Positions 39,452 to 49,378 of a stretch of 64,000 nt of DNA are shown one piece after another. The translations under genes were made by a program, and so were the position numbers. Under the pieces are notes generated by a model. It was given only the letters and a program-made list of their open reading frames with translations, was not told where the DNA came from and did no database searches. Each line of letters begins with the position of its first letter. The stretch's first letter is position 1. The stretch covers positions 128,001 to 192,000 of IMG/VR virus record IMGVR_UViG_3300045594_000116; one strand, given 5' to 3'. Source of the stretch: a virus (lineage: Duplodnaviria; Caudoviricetes).

Positions 39452-41335
39452 ATGGCTTACGCTCAGACTAAAATCATTTGGGATGACCAATCTGATATCA
39501 CTCCTATTAGTGAGACAGTTGAAGATTCCATTGATAGACCGGTCTTGTTCTTCGCCTTTGCTTCAGAAAAAGGTCCAGAAGAATATAAACCGCAGGTAAA
39601 AGGTGAAAACTTCTTCAAGCTTTATGGCTCGAAGCCAAGCTTCACTACTTACGGTCAGCCGTTGCTCGGTGCTGCTGCCTGCATCAATGCTGGTGGTCTT
39701 GCTGATTGCAAACGTGTTGTTGCTGACGATGCTACGCTGGCAAATATTGCCGTTGTTGCAAAAGTCAAGAAAATTGCCCCGCAGGATCACAACTCATATG
39801 GTCAGCCTCTGTGGCTGGATGGGAATGGTGGGGTTACAACCGATCGTAACATTACTGGAAAACCGGCTCCGGTTCAGAAATGCCAGATCGAATACGAGCT
39901 TCGTGCTGTAAACCTTGCAGGTAACTCTGTTAAGGCTATGGCAAAGGCTTTCCTTGGTGATGCTACTACCACTCATACTCTTGGTGCTGACGAAGAGTAT
40001 CCGCTGTTCTTCTTGGCCGATAATGGCCGTGGACTCTCTGCAAAGAGATTCAAGATTGTATCCGATAGCTCCCAGACTCGTCCGATGGACTACGTGAAGT
40101 ACATCATGACTATTTCTGAGAATGGTACTGATCTTGAGCATTATGCATTCACGATCAATCCGGATATCATCGAGAGCGGCAAGAACCTGTCATTGCAGAG
40201 CACGATTCGTCAGTATGCTATGCAGATTCGTGGCGAAATCTTTGAAGATCAGATCGATGCATTCATTGAGAACGTTGCTTACATCGCCGGTATCCCGTAT
40301 GAAACGTTCAAGTATTCAGATGCTCTGTTTGGCTCTGACCTGTATGGTAAAGCTTATGACACCATCGTCATGACTGGTTCTGTTCAGCTCGATACGTCGG
40401 CTGGTATTGCACTTGTAAATGGTAGCAACGGCGATTTCGCTAATGCTCCGTTGAGTGCTCTTACTTATAGCACTCAGCTTCTGAAGGCTTTCAACGGCAC
40501 TGATGGTGATGAGATCTATGATACGGATAACTTCCGTATTGATGCTGTCTTCGATTGCAATTATCCGGCTCCTGTAAAGAGAGCTATTGAGGATCTGGCT
40601 GCATTCCGCCAGGACTTCATGTACTTCCGTGATATGGGTACGGGTCTGGAATCGATCGATGAGATCAAATTCGCTAATACGGATAATCTCAAATCGAAGT
40701 TCTGCTCGACTTATCATAACTCTTGGGATATCATCGATCCGTATACTCGTAAAGAGATTACGGTTACTGCTACGTACTCCCTTATCGAGAAATTCGTAAA
40801 GCATTTCTTGAATGGTGTATCTCGTCCGTTCTGCGGCCAGCAGTATGGTGTAACCTGGACGAAAGATGATGTCATTGAAGGCACCGTAAACTTCAACCCG
40901 AAGAATACGCCAGCAATGGATCAGAAGCAGTGGTTCGATGATAATCGTATCAACTATGTAAGCTATTACAATGGCTTGCTCTCCATGGAATCTCAGTACA
41001 CTTCTCAGGAGCGTTATACGCAGCTGAGCTGGTTGAGCAATGTACTTAACGTACAGAGCATCATCCGCGAAATTCGTGTACAGTGCCCGAAGAATCGGTA
41101 TAAGTATATCGATACGAAGGGTCTGGCCAACTACCAGAAGGATGTTCAGACGCTGCTCAATAAGCATTCGGCTGATTTCCAGGAGATCTCTCTGGTGTAC
41201 GCTAAAGATTCGAATTATGAGAATAACAAGATCTATTATGCATACATCTACGTTCGCTTCAAGAACTTCGTTCAGAGCGAAATCTTCAGAATTACGGCGC
41301 TCAAGACGAATGACAATACGTCGGCGTCGGTATAA
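39452..41335 (+). CDS. tail sheath protein
   Basis: FASEKGP N-terminal motif, RQDFMYFRD, RINYV, sheath-like C-terminus; late promoter 39382-39393; followed by a tube-sized gene. Confidence 0.82.
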   Translation: MAYAQTKIIWDDQSDITPISETVEDSIDRPVLFFAFASEKGPEEYKPQVKGENFFKLYGSKPSFTTYGQPLLGAAACINAGGLADCKRVVADDATLANIAVVAKVKKIAPQDHNSYGQPLWLDGNGGVTTDRNITGKPAPVQKCQIEYELRAVNLAGNSVKAMAKAFLGDATTTHTLGADEEYPLFFLADNGRGLSAKRFKIVSDSSQTRPMDYVKYIMTISENGTDLEHYAFTINPDIIESGKNLSLQSTIRQYAMQIRGEIFEDQIDAFIENVAYIAGIPYETFKYSDALFGSDLYGKAYDTIVMTGSVQLDTSAGIALVNGSNGDFANAPLSALTYSTQLLKAFNGTDGDEIYDTDNFRIDAVFDCNYPAPVKRAIEDLAAFRQDFMYFRDMGTGLESIDEIKFANTDNLKSKFCSTYHNSWDIIDPYTRKEITVTATYSLIEKFVKHFLNGVSRPFCGQQYGVTWTKDDVIEGTVNFNPKNTPAMDQKQWFDDNRINYVSYYNGLLSMESQYTSQERYTQLSWLSNVLNVQSIIREIRVQCPKNRYKYIDTKGLANYQKDVQTLLNKHSADFQEISLVYAKDSNYENNKIYYAYIYVRFKNFVQSEIFRITALKTNDNTSASV

Positions 41336-41353
41336 AGAAAGGGGGAGACTTAA

Positions 41354-42199
41354 ATGGCTGATATTACAGTAGACAACATTTTTGCGAATCAGGTATCACT
41401 GCCTGACTTTACGAAATATACGCTCGGTCGTGGCGTAACGGATTATACGCAGCTCGCACAGTTCGATATGTACGAGAAAGGTTATCCGTTCATGATCGTT
41501 CTCAAGATTCCGAAGTTTATTGAAAAGCTGGCTACGGCTAACACCGAGTATGCTAAGCTGATCAATGACTACGTTCATGTTCTTGAATATGACTTCCGTG
41601 GTCTTGAAGGCCTGGAGAACATGACTGCTGATACCACCGAGATTACCAATGGTAATACGAAGTTGGATATCATCACGAAGGTTAACTGGGAATCGGCATC
41701 TAAGTTCAGCATGAAGTATCAGGAGCGCAAAGGCTCTCTGTTCGCTCGTATGCATGAGCTGTACCTCCGTGGTATTAAAGATCCGAAAACGCAGGTTAAA
41801 CGCTACAACGGTCTTCTGAAGACCGATGGTTCGTCTATCCTGGATGCTGGTTATGAGAACGAGGTATTCGAATTCCTGTACTTCGTAACTGATAACACGG
41901 CTCGTTCTATCGAGAAAGCATTCCTGCTTACGTCTTGCCAGCTTACTGAGTGTAGCTTTGATCAGTACAATCAGGAGAAGGGTCAGATTGAGTGGCAGGA
42001 TGTCAACCTCCAGTTCAATGGCTACTCTATCACGAATCCGTTGGTTACGCAGAAGGCTCAGACCTTCCTTAACTGGATGAATGAAGAGAATCGTGTCATC
42101 TTCGAAGAGACTAAGTTCGCTTATGATTCTCTTACGGATATGCCGAGTGTCGATGAGCTGCCTGGTCCTCAGGTTGCTATGAAGGCAATCACGTACTAA
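41354..42199 (+). CDS. tail tube protein
   Basis: Directly downstream of the sheath, 281 aa, high-expression codon bias. Confidence 0.72.
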   Translation: MADITVDNIFANQVSLPDFTKYTLGRGVTDYTQLAQFDMYEKGYPFMIVLKIPKFIEKLATANTEYAKLINDYVHVLEYDFRGLEGLENMTADTTEITNGNTKLDIITKVNWESASKFSMKYQERKGSLFARMHELYLRGIKDPKTQVKRYNGLLKTDGSSILDAGYENEVFEFLYFVTDNTARSIEKAFLLTSCQLTECSFDQYNQEKGQIEWQDVNLQFNGYSITNPLVTQKAQTFLNWMNEENRVIFEETKFAYDSLTDMPSVDELPGPQVAMKAITY

Positions 42200-42210
42200 C
42201 GTGCAAAGAA

Positions 42211-42250
42211 TACCCCTGTACTCGTAATGAGTACAGGGATATTTTGTGTC
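42211..42250. terminator. hairpin between the convergent tube and portal genes
   Basis: ccctgtactc-gtaat-gagtacaggg-atattttgtgtc. Confidence 0.7.
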
Positions 42251-44566
42251 TTATTGTTCTTGCTTTTCGTCTTCCTTCTCTTTGACAACCTCCATTTGCA
42301 CTTCATCAATGAGTGCCTGCATGTCATCTGCCGGGAAGAACAAACTAGTGTATTTCTTTTTAAGCTCTGCAACAAGTTTAGGTTTGATAAGATCAGCATC
42401 CTTAGCATTATCACTAACGTACATATTCGTTATTGCTTCTGATATATCATTAGCGCTTGTAAGAATCTGAGTAGTATTCATTGTCATAAGGTAAGTCGGT
42501 ACATTAGGAACGTACTCGATTTCCTCATTACTGTCAAACTCTGCATTGTAAATACGAGTAAGAATAGTGCTGAACATCTTCTTTACTAATGCCTGCAGAT
42601 TATAGATAGTCTGCAAGAATCTCGTATTCGTCATTGTAAGTCTAGTTGCATAATCGGTAGCCTGATGGGCCTGAATATAATCATATGGAACACCAGTAGA
42701 TTGAACAGCCATCTCTTCGAGAGCATTCATAAGATCAGTCTTGACCTCTACATTCTGCCCAGGAATGGTTTCTACATCTATTGGAGCGTCTCCAGATGGG
42801 GATTTAGGAATGAGCAGGTCATTGAACCTACCAAGCATACCAAGAACGTTATTCATCGATTCAATCTGTCTAACACCGAAGTTAGAACGCTGAATCTGAT
42901 TGATAGCATTCATCAATGTATCTGAGATATTCGTATCTACCATCTGTTTTACATAATAAACACGCTTATCATTTCCTCTTGTAAGGATAGAAATTACATT
43001 GGAGATATACAAGCAGCTATAGAGTTTAGCCGGGAACAACGCTTTACGAAGAGACGAAATACCACGATGTGTTTCATCATCTTGCTCAAAGAAGCAATGA
43101 ACCATATCATCCGGAGGGATGAATGTAATACGCATCTTAGAGATACGTCCTTCTGCATTCATAGTAGAGTTATACTTCAAGATAGCATAGATCTCTTTAG
43201 TCAGGTCCTGATTAGCATTGACGAAAGTCTTATCGATCTTACGTGAAATAGCCATAGCAAGATTCTTGAGTAATCTAGTCTCCTGAGTATCCTGATAGAA
43301 TGGATCTCTATTCTTATCTTTGTATGCACCGCCTGGGCGAATACCTCCAATGGTATTAGAAAAAGTAGTCTTCTCAAGATCAAATTTTCTATCACATTCG
43401 ATATAGAAATACCCAATGCAGATATCATCGATATACAGCGGTTTAACCATTGTATGATCAAGAATCTTTACAACGCAGCCAGGAACCTTGAGCTGCAGTT
43501 CTTTGTCATCTCCATACCCAGGGGTCTTGAGCCCATCCTGTGTTAGCCCATCAAGCTTATAGAAGTTATCGGAGCCTTTCTTGATACTATCGCCAATAGA
43601 GATATTTTTTGTAACATCGTTCTTCTTACCTTCATTATCTTTTTCGGTCTTGAGAACTGTTTCATTGATAGCAAGACTTGCTGCTTCTTTAAGAATGCTA
43701 TTAGCTTTCTTATATCCTGATAAAGCAGACTTGATAACACAGCTTTTATCCATCTCTACAATGAAGTTACTTTTACTTGGTTCTACGTTATCAGTGAAGA
43801 ATCCTTCGTCAACCGCATGTACCTCTGTATCTCCACTGGTAGGGTCCATTCCGATCGTAAACGCTTCATTGACTGGTCCTGGATCGCTTACTGAAGCCTC
43901 ACCTAGGAATCCAGAAGTAGGACCTAACCCAAATCTTTCATTATCCGACAGTAATCTTTTGATTGCTTTACGGTATGGAACTACATATACAAAGCACTCT
44001 CCGAGTTTATCAGTTTGACGATAAACTTTATCGAGAATCAGATCGAGTTTGTACTTCTCTTTCATATCTTTGATATTGTTTGCCACGCCGATATCTTTTC
44101 CGGCAGCAGACTTAGATCTAATATGAAGCGTAGTGCTTGTAAAGTTATCAGAGCATAATACATGCTCACGACGAGTTGTCAAAGCATCTTCCAGCTTTGG
44201 CATGTATTTCAGAATCATTTCGATTTCACGGTCAATGTCTCTTAACCATGAATTCTGGGTATACGTTTGCATTATAGAACTCATGATAGATTCATTCTCT
44301 AATGACGCATTGATACCTTGTACAACATCCTCATCATTCTGCATGCTGCCAAGTTTAGTTTTCGTCAAAAGAGCAGAAATGTTGGTAGTACCAACATTGC
44401 TAATATTATTACCTATCAGATTATCTATGCTACGGTGTGCTCTTGTTCTCATGTAGGACAGAGTCTTGCTAACACCAGGATCTGTGTAGTATGTACTACT
44501 ATACATATCACCCATGCCAGTGTCAATAGACTGCTTCAGTTTGTCCATATCTTTTTCACTTGCCAT
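42251..44566 (-). CDS. portal protein (T4 gp20-like)
   Basis: TRGNDKRVYYV corresponds to the T4 gp20 RAPERR motif; DVETIPG and TGVP motifs; late promoter 44591-44602(-). Confidence 0.75.
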   Translation of the reverse strand: MASEKDMDKLKQSIDTGMGDMYSSTYYTDPGVSKTLSYMRTRAHRSIDNLIGNNISNVGTTNISALLTKTKLGSMQNDEDVVQGINASLENESIMSSIMQTYTQNSWLRDIDREIEMILKYMPKLEDALTTRREHVLCSDNFTSTTLHIRSKSAAGKDIGVANNIKDMKEKYKLDLILDKVYRQTDKLGECFVYVVPYRKAIKRLLSDNERFGLGPTSGFLGEASVSDPGPVNEAFTIGMDPTSGDTEVHAVDEGFFTDNVEPSKSNFIVEMDKSCVIKSALSGYKKANSILKEAASLAINETVLKTEKDNEGKKNDVTKNISIGDSIKKGSDNFYKLDGLTQDGLKTPGYGDDKELQLKVPGCVVKILDHTMVKPLYIDDICIGYFYIECDRKFDLEKTTFSNTIGGIRPGGAYKDKNRDPFYQDTQETRLLKNLAMAISRKIDKTFVNANQDLTKEIYAILKYNSTMNAEGRISKMRITFIPPDDMVHCFFEQDDETHRGISSLRKALFPAKLYSCLYISNVISILTRGNDKRVYYVKQMVDTNISDTLMNAINQIQRSNFGVRQIESMNNVLGMLGRFNDLLIPKSPSGDAPIDVETIPGQNVEVKTDLMNALEEMAVQSTGVPYDYIQAHQATDYATRLTMTNTRFLQTIYNLQALVKKMFSTILTRIYNAEFDSNEEIEYVPNVPTYLMTMNTTQILTSANDISEAITNMYVSDNAKDADLIKPKLVAELKKKYTSLFFPADDMQALIDEVQMEVVKEKEDEKQEQ

Positions 44567-44692
44567 TGCTAATCCTCCCTTGAATAAGTTTATTAAGATG
44601 TTCAAGTAGCATAAATTGACAAAAAAGAAAGAGGGTTTAGCGGATATAATATCTCGTACCTCTATCTTACCTTGTAAGCAGATGATAAAAAT

Positions 44693-44842
44693 TTACTTGG
44701 CTAAGCCAGCGTAAACATTATCGTAATATGCATTAGCATATTTCTGCATCTCTAGCAAGCGGGTTAGCGGATCGCTAAAGATGGTACTAAAATATGCATC
44801 GTTCTTTTGAACAAACATATTAAAGTAGTCAGTTCTACTCAC
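44693..44842 (-). CDS. 49-aa small protein MSRTDYFNMFVQKNDAYFSTIFSDPLTRLLEMQKYANAYYDNVYAGLAK
   Basis: Same GAGGTGACAATT-GTG initiation region as the ORF at 22811; below the ORF-track cutoff. Confidence 0.6.
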   Translation of the reverse strand: MSRTDYFNMFVQKNDAYFSTIFSDPLTRLLEMQKYANAYYDNVYAGLAK

Positions 44843-44958
44843 AATTGTCACCTCTCTTCTTCAGAGTTGTGGCAGCAGATATCCCTCTACCATGCTACGG
44901 TAGAGGGGTTTTCTGTGTCGCACATCTGTTATTCACAGTTATTATATATAACTGAAAT
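44840..44958 (-). repeat. conserved structured leader, copy 2
   Basis: Near-identical to 22694-22813. Confidence 0.85.
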
Positions 44959-44969
44959 AGCAGACTATA

Positions 44970-45710
44970 TCATCTCTGAAGAATCTTTACGATTGTGGTG
45001 ACCTTGACATTTTTCTTTGGTTTGGCTACAGTATAGGAAGCATATGTATCTCTACCATACTCGGTATCCGCATACTTAATTCCTATAGAGCATGAATCAC
45101 CCTTATTCATATTTACCAATCCAGACCATACTGGAACGATATTATGACCAATAGGGATAAATCTAAGCCCTTGCTCTGCCTTTGCATTAACCGCATTCAT
45201 AAAGTCTTCTCTTGTAGATACATCTTCTGAATAAGCAACTGCTACCTTATTGGTATTGGTCAATATCATAGCAGCTACCCGGCCAAAGTTAGTATCATTA
45301 AGTGCAATAGGTATATTAGCCTTAAGAGCATTAGAAGCACTTACTACACTTAATCCTGTAGAGAATGCACCATAATCGTTTTCAAAGTTAATGAGAGTGA
45401 ATCTATCAGATTCCTCTGTAGCTTCTTTGACTACCGCATGTAGATCATTGATACTGATAGCAAACATTACCCCTTGCTCTGGAGTGTTTCTAAGTACAGG
45501 AGTTCCATCTGAAATGTTTGACGCGTACTTGATAACTGAAAGGTTAAGATTAGACATACCCATTCCGAGCATGTCAATCTCACCAGTTATCGCATCAGGC
45601 CAAACAAATACCAGATCCTCCTTACCAGTTTTCACCAATTTAGATCTTTCATCTAAGTTTCGTATGAAAGCAGTGTCTACGTATCTGTATGAGTTAGGTC
45701 TTGCAATCAT
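44970..45710 (-). CDS. hypothetical protein translationally coupled to the DNA polymerase (possible sliding clamp)
   Basis: ATGA overlap with the polymerase gene; 246-aa alpha/beta protein; the clamp role is speculative. Confidence 0.55.
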   Translation of the reverse strand: MIARPNSYRYVDTAFIRNLDERSKLVKTGKEDLVFVWPDAITGEIDMLGMGMSNLNLSVIKYASNISDGTPVLRNTPEQGVMFAISINDLHAVVKEATEESDRFTLINFENDYGAFSTGLSVVSASNALKANIPIALNDTNFGRVAAMILTNTNKVAVAYSEDVSTREDFMNAVNAKAEQGLRFIPIGHNIVPVWSGLVNMNKGDSCSIGIKYADTEYGRDTYASYTVAKPKKNVKVTTIVKILQR

Positions 45711-47653
45711 TTGTTCATTACCTCTTTGATAATTCTTTTATATTCACTTTCTACGTCTTTAGGCATCTGCTGATAGATGCTGATTACTTCCTTCTTGAAG
45801 TTAGGATCTACAAGGCGCAGCGGAGTGAACTTCTCGTTATTGTGCCAGAAGCGTAATACTTCTTTCTTACCACGAGCCATTCCTTCTCGCAAACCATGAG
45901 CAGAGTTATGAGTTTCAAAGTATTCATGCACATCATTCATCATTTCTTCGAATGAAGCTAGATGGAACCAGCGATGTCCAAAGCTAATATAATCACATGC
46001 ACAATAGTCTTCGAAGAATGCAGTGGTTCTAAAGAACTTCGGATTATTACTGAGATTTTCCTTATCATGAATCTTCTTATCGATAAACATACGTCCGATC
46101 TGCCCATTGGTGCAGATATTGAACTCCTGCATAATAGATGGATACAGACGTTTGTAATCGAAGTCATTTGCATTCTTTACAAGCATAATCGGCTTGCCAT
46201 TAACTTTAACCTTAGGTTTATCGGTTACCTGAGTCAAAGCTGCTACGAATGCACCAGGGAATTTCTCATTTGGCTTTTCTTTGAACTTGTTGCAGTTATT
46301 GCCCATAACAAGATCATTCTCTGCAAGCATAAACTTAGAAGCTCTGTTTGCAAGATACATTGTCTGACGATGAACCTTCGGATACATCGTGTCGTTTACA
46401 ATAGCCTTATTGAAAACGTAGTTGATATCGCCAGTTTTCTCTTCAATGCATTTCTGAACCATGACATCCATCATATTGTATTTGATGAACGTTACGAAAT
46501 CTAAGTATGGGAACTCAACGATATCATTGGTGATATCATGATAGTCTAACTTTCTAGCTCCGGCTACCACACCACCAATGTAGTCCAATCCAAACGTAGC
46601 AAATGCTGACTGTCCTTTACGTCTAGATGCAAACTCAATCATCTGATCAAGATACACACTATAAGAACTGATGTCTGCATAATCACCACGCTGAGCAAAT
46701 TCAGCTTCATGATCTTTATCGATCTTATAGTAACAATGCTTCTCTTCAAAATCCGGATGACAGATAATATCAGCCGGATCATATCCTAAGTTAATAAATC
46801 TTTGAATCAGATATGGAATATCAAATGCCATGTTCCATGCTAAGACAAAGTCTGGTTGCAGATGATTGATGATGTTAAACATACTTACCAACATCGTAAG
46901 CTCATCATCAAATACAACGACCTTCACTTTGATATCCTTAAGATGCATGCGGTATGCTTTCTTCCAACCGCCTACATTGTTAAACAGAAACTCTTTGAAT
47001 TCCTGCTCCATATTATGACTAGCGATATACTCTTCAAACTTTGCCACCTGAGGATTATTTGAATCCCTGAATGTAAATGTATACAGAGTATTATCTACTT
47101 CATTGAACATCGAGATTGCATTTACAGGGCACTCTCCAGGCTGTGGAAAATCCCCTACCATATATCTACCATCAACCTCGATATCGAGATATGCTTTTGT
47201 AACGGGAACCGTTGGATTCTGATATTGCTCATCAAACAACTTACGATAGTAGTTGTTGATATTCATATCTGAACTCATAAGAGATGGATGCGTATGAAGA
47301 ATCTGATTAGCCCTTCTATTACCACTTCTGATATTATCATAGAAGAACTCTTTCATATTCAGCTCTTCTGCAATGCTCTTTTCCAAATCATGGAACGGAA
47401 CTGTTATAGGATCGCACTTCGAGCGTTCTATGAACACCTGTGGATAATCCTTCACGAATTCAGGCTTAATTTTGTAATAGGTATACTTTGGCTCTTTGAT
47501 GACCTCTATACCTTTCTTTCCAGTTTCATTGTCCTTATACACTATCGTCATCGTATCTGGGTGAAGATTACCTTCCTCATCCTTACGTGGATAGTGATAC
47601 ATATTGTTCATAATAGTGATATTACTGTCCTTATTATAACCTTTGATTAACAT
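45707..47653 (-). CDS. family B DNA polymerase N-terminal subunit (3'-5' exonuclease + motif A)
   Basis: Exo I LDIEVD, Exo II AWNMAFDIPY, Exo III YNMMDV, FPGAFV, motif A DFDYKRLYPS. Confidence 0.92.
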   Translation of the reverse strand: MLIKGYNKDSNITIMNNMYHYPRKDEEGNLHPDTMTIVYKDNETGKKGIEVIKEPKYTYYKIKPEFVKDYPQVFIERSKCDPITVPFHDLEKSIAEELNMKEFFYDNIRSGNRRANQILHTHPSLMSSDMNINNYYRKLFDEQYQNPTVPVTKAYLDIEVDGRYMVGDFPQPGECPVNAISMFNEVDNTLYTFTFRDSNNPQVAKFEEYIASHNMEQEFKEFLFNNVGGWKKAYRMHLKDIKVKVVVFDDELTMLVSMFNIINHLQPDFVLAWNMAFDIPYLIQRFINLGYDPADIICHPDFEEKHCYYKIDKDHEAEFAQRGDYADISSYSVYLDQMIEFASRRKGQSAFATFGLDYIGGVVAGARKLDYHDITNDIVEFPYLDFVTFIKYNMMDVMVQKCIEEKTGDINYVFNKAIVNDTMYPKVHRQTMYLANRASKFMLAENDLVMGNNCNKFKEKPNEKFPGAFVAALTQVTDKPKVKVNGKPIMLVKNANDFDYKRLYPSIMQEFNICTNGQIGRMFIDKKIHDKENLSNNPKFFRTTAFFEDYCACDYISFGHRWFHLASFEEMMNDVHEYFETHNSAHGLREGMARGKKEVLRFWHNNEKFTPLRLVDPNFKKEVISIYQQMPKDVESEYKRIIKEVMNK

Positions 47654-47777
47654 AAGTATTCCCTCCTAATCGGCTTGTTTCGGCTTTATCTAGATGTATC
47701 AGCATCGATATTTTTCTAGTTGTCGCGAAAAAAGAAAGGATGGTCTAGATCCTTTCTTTTCCAAGCCAACTGGTTGA

Positions 47778-48170
47778 TTAGCGCATTAGGTCAACTACTT
47801 TGTTGCAGATGATTCTGAATGCCTTAAGTTTTTCCTCACTATCAAGCACCATCCTACCAAGAGAATCATCCAGAGTGCGCTCACCCTTACCGGATGAATA
47901 TCGTACATCTAGAGTAGTGTCTACGGCATACTTCCCTTCAGACCCATCGCATATTGACTCTGATGATATCTGAATAGATCCTTTTTCAATAAACATAAGA
48001 TCATACGGCCCAGGTGGTTTCGCTAATACCATCCGATGGTATGTATCTATCTTACAAGATTTGAATGCCATCTTCAGAATTGGCTTTCCATTATTGAAGT
48101 AAGCAAACTTTCCCCAAAATAAGCCATCAGTAACCTTAATGCCAGTGATACTTAATCTTTCTTTCATCAT
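47778..48170 (-). CDS. hypothetical early protein
   Basis: Downstream of early promoter 48319-48328(-). Confidence 0.65.
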   Translation of the reverse strand: MMKERLSITGIKVTDGLFWGKFAYFNNGKPILKMAFKSCKIDTYHRMVLAKPPGPYDLMFIEKGSIQISSESICDGSEGKYAVDTTLDVRYSSGKGERTLDDSLGRMVLDSEEKLKAFRIICNKVVDLMR

Positions 48171-48274
48171 GATATCACCTGCTGATCATTTGGATAGTGC
48201 TCTATCGTAGTTATGCTGCGCACCTTCCGGCAAATACGCTTAAATGGTAAGGCTCTACCCATTAACAATTTCAT
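48167..48274 (-). CDS. 35-aa small protein MKLLMGRALPFKRICRKVRSITTIEHYPNDQQVIS
   Basis: AAGGAGG RBS directly after the early promoter; ATGA overlap with the next gene. Confidence 0.5.
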   Translation of the reverse strand: MKLLMGRALPFKRICRKVRSITTIEHYPNDQQVIS

Positions 48275-48387
48275 TTACAAAATTCCTCCTTTAAAATACA
48301 ATAAACATTCACCATTCCTATAATATATAATTGATATTTCGATTAGACAAAACGGAGCCCAGAAGGATTAACCTTCTGGGAATATCA

Positions 48388-48735
48388 TTATTGTCTATTG
48401 TAGCCTTCTACATTACGTTTGGTTCTATCTGCTGTTCTAGCATCAAGAAATTTAATAGCGTTGTTAATAGAATTGAGAGCATCGCTATTATATGTACAAG
48501 CAAAGGGACTTTTCTGGAAATTCTCTAAGCGATATTTAACAATCTCTAAGAGATCCCTTTCAGATAACCCATTCTCTCCAACTTCTTTGATCGGACCCTG
48601 CTGAAAGTCTACATTGCCGATAGTCTGGTTCTCAGAACCCTTTACAACAAAGTGATGGTAGTTATTATATGCTTTACTATCTTCATGCACAATGGTATGA
48701 TTTCCGACGTTGTAATTCATTTTAATCTGTTCCAT
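48388..48735 (-). CDS. tad1: Tad1-family anti-defence sponge protein
   Basis: YHHFVV...FQQGP.KE...NG....DLLEIV..RL..FQ..PF....N..AL......RT.DR..RNVEG matches the Tad1 pattern along its whole length. Confidence 0.85.
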   Translation of the reverse strand: MEQIKMNYNVGNHTIVHEDSKAYNNYHHFVVKGSENQTIGNVDFQQGPIKEVGENGLSERDLLEIVKYRLENFQKSPFACTYNSDALNSINNAIKFLDARTADRTKRNVEGYNRQ

Positions 48736-48759
48736 TTTGTTATTTCTCCTTTAATAGAT

Positions 48760-49281
48760 TTAGGGTTTCATAGTCCCTTTAACCTGTCTTGCTTCTCTAT
48801 CTTTATTGCGCTTCTCTATTGATTTCAAAGCACCCTTGATATAGATCATCGCTTCATCCGTTTCTTTACAACGAAGATTAGTCTTCTGGAATGCTTGCAT
48901 CCTCAAAAGCACAGCAGACAACAGTTCTTCATTGGTTACCCCATTAACCTTATCAGATCCATGCTGAAAATTTATAGTCTGGATAACCTCTCCAGACTTT
49001 GCATCACAGATAACGAACTGACCGTCTTTGTCAGTCTTTATAACAGCCGTTACATCATCAGAATGAATAGATCTAAGCTCATCTATCATATCATTCTTCA
49101 GCTCTTTGATTTCAGCTTCGATGTCTGTATAGGATATAAGCTTCTTGCAATCATCACAGATTGTAAGAAGAAAATCATGATTCATATTGTCTTTATCGGT
49201 TACTGTGAACAAGATATCAAACGTATGCTTGTGTTTACATCTGTTGCTGTGTCTAAGCATAGCTATAATCTTATCTATCAT
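48760..49281 (-). CDS. Tad1-like protein with an N-terminal Cys/His extension
   Basis: C-terminal INFQHG...NGVTNEELL...RMQAFQ...R..DREARQVKGT; N-terminal CKHKH...CDDC. Confidence 0.75.
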   Translation of the reverse strand: MIDKIIAMLRHSNRCKHKHTFDILFTVTDKDNMNHDFLLTICDDCKKLISYTDIEAEIKELKNDMIDELRSIHSDDVTAVIKTDKDGQFVICDAKSGEVIQTINFQHGSDKVNGVTNEELLSAVLLRMQAFQKTNLRCKETDEAMIYIKGALKSIEKRNKDREARQVKGTMKP

Positions 49282-49378
49282 TTAGAGTCATCTCCTTTAA
49301 ATTCTCTCATTCCTTATTTAAAGTGTTTTTTCTTCTGCCAAACACCTAAATAAATTACTATAGGGAGGTTAAGCAATA

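Noticed and set aside
44616-44650. Host sigma-70 promoter TTGACA...TATAAT
   Set aside because: The spacer is about 23 nt, too long, and the region doubles as the minus-strand T-rich end of the small-ORF unit.
44807-45001. 64-aa + strand ORF across leader copy 2
   Set aside because: No RBS, and it runs through the conserved hairpin; the minus-strand GTG ORF has the conserved initiation signals.
48388-49281. Acb2 assignment for the sponge-like genes
   Set aside because: The motifs (FQxG, DLLEIV..RL..FQ, R..R.V.G) fit Tad1, not the GYR.L.../A.AQP pattern of Acb2.
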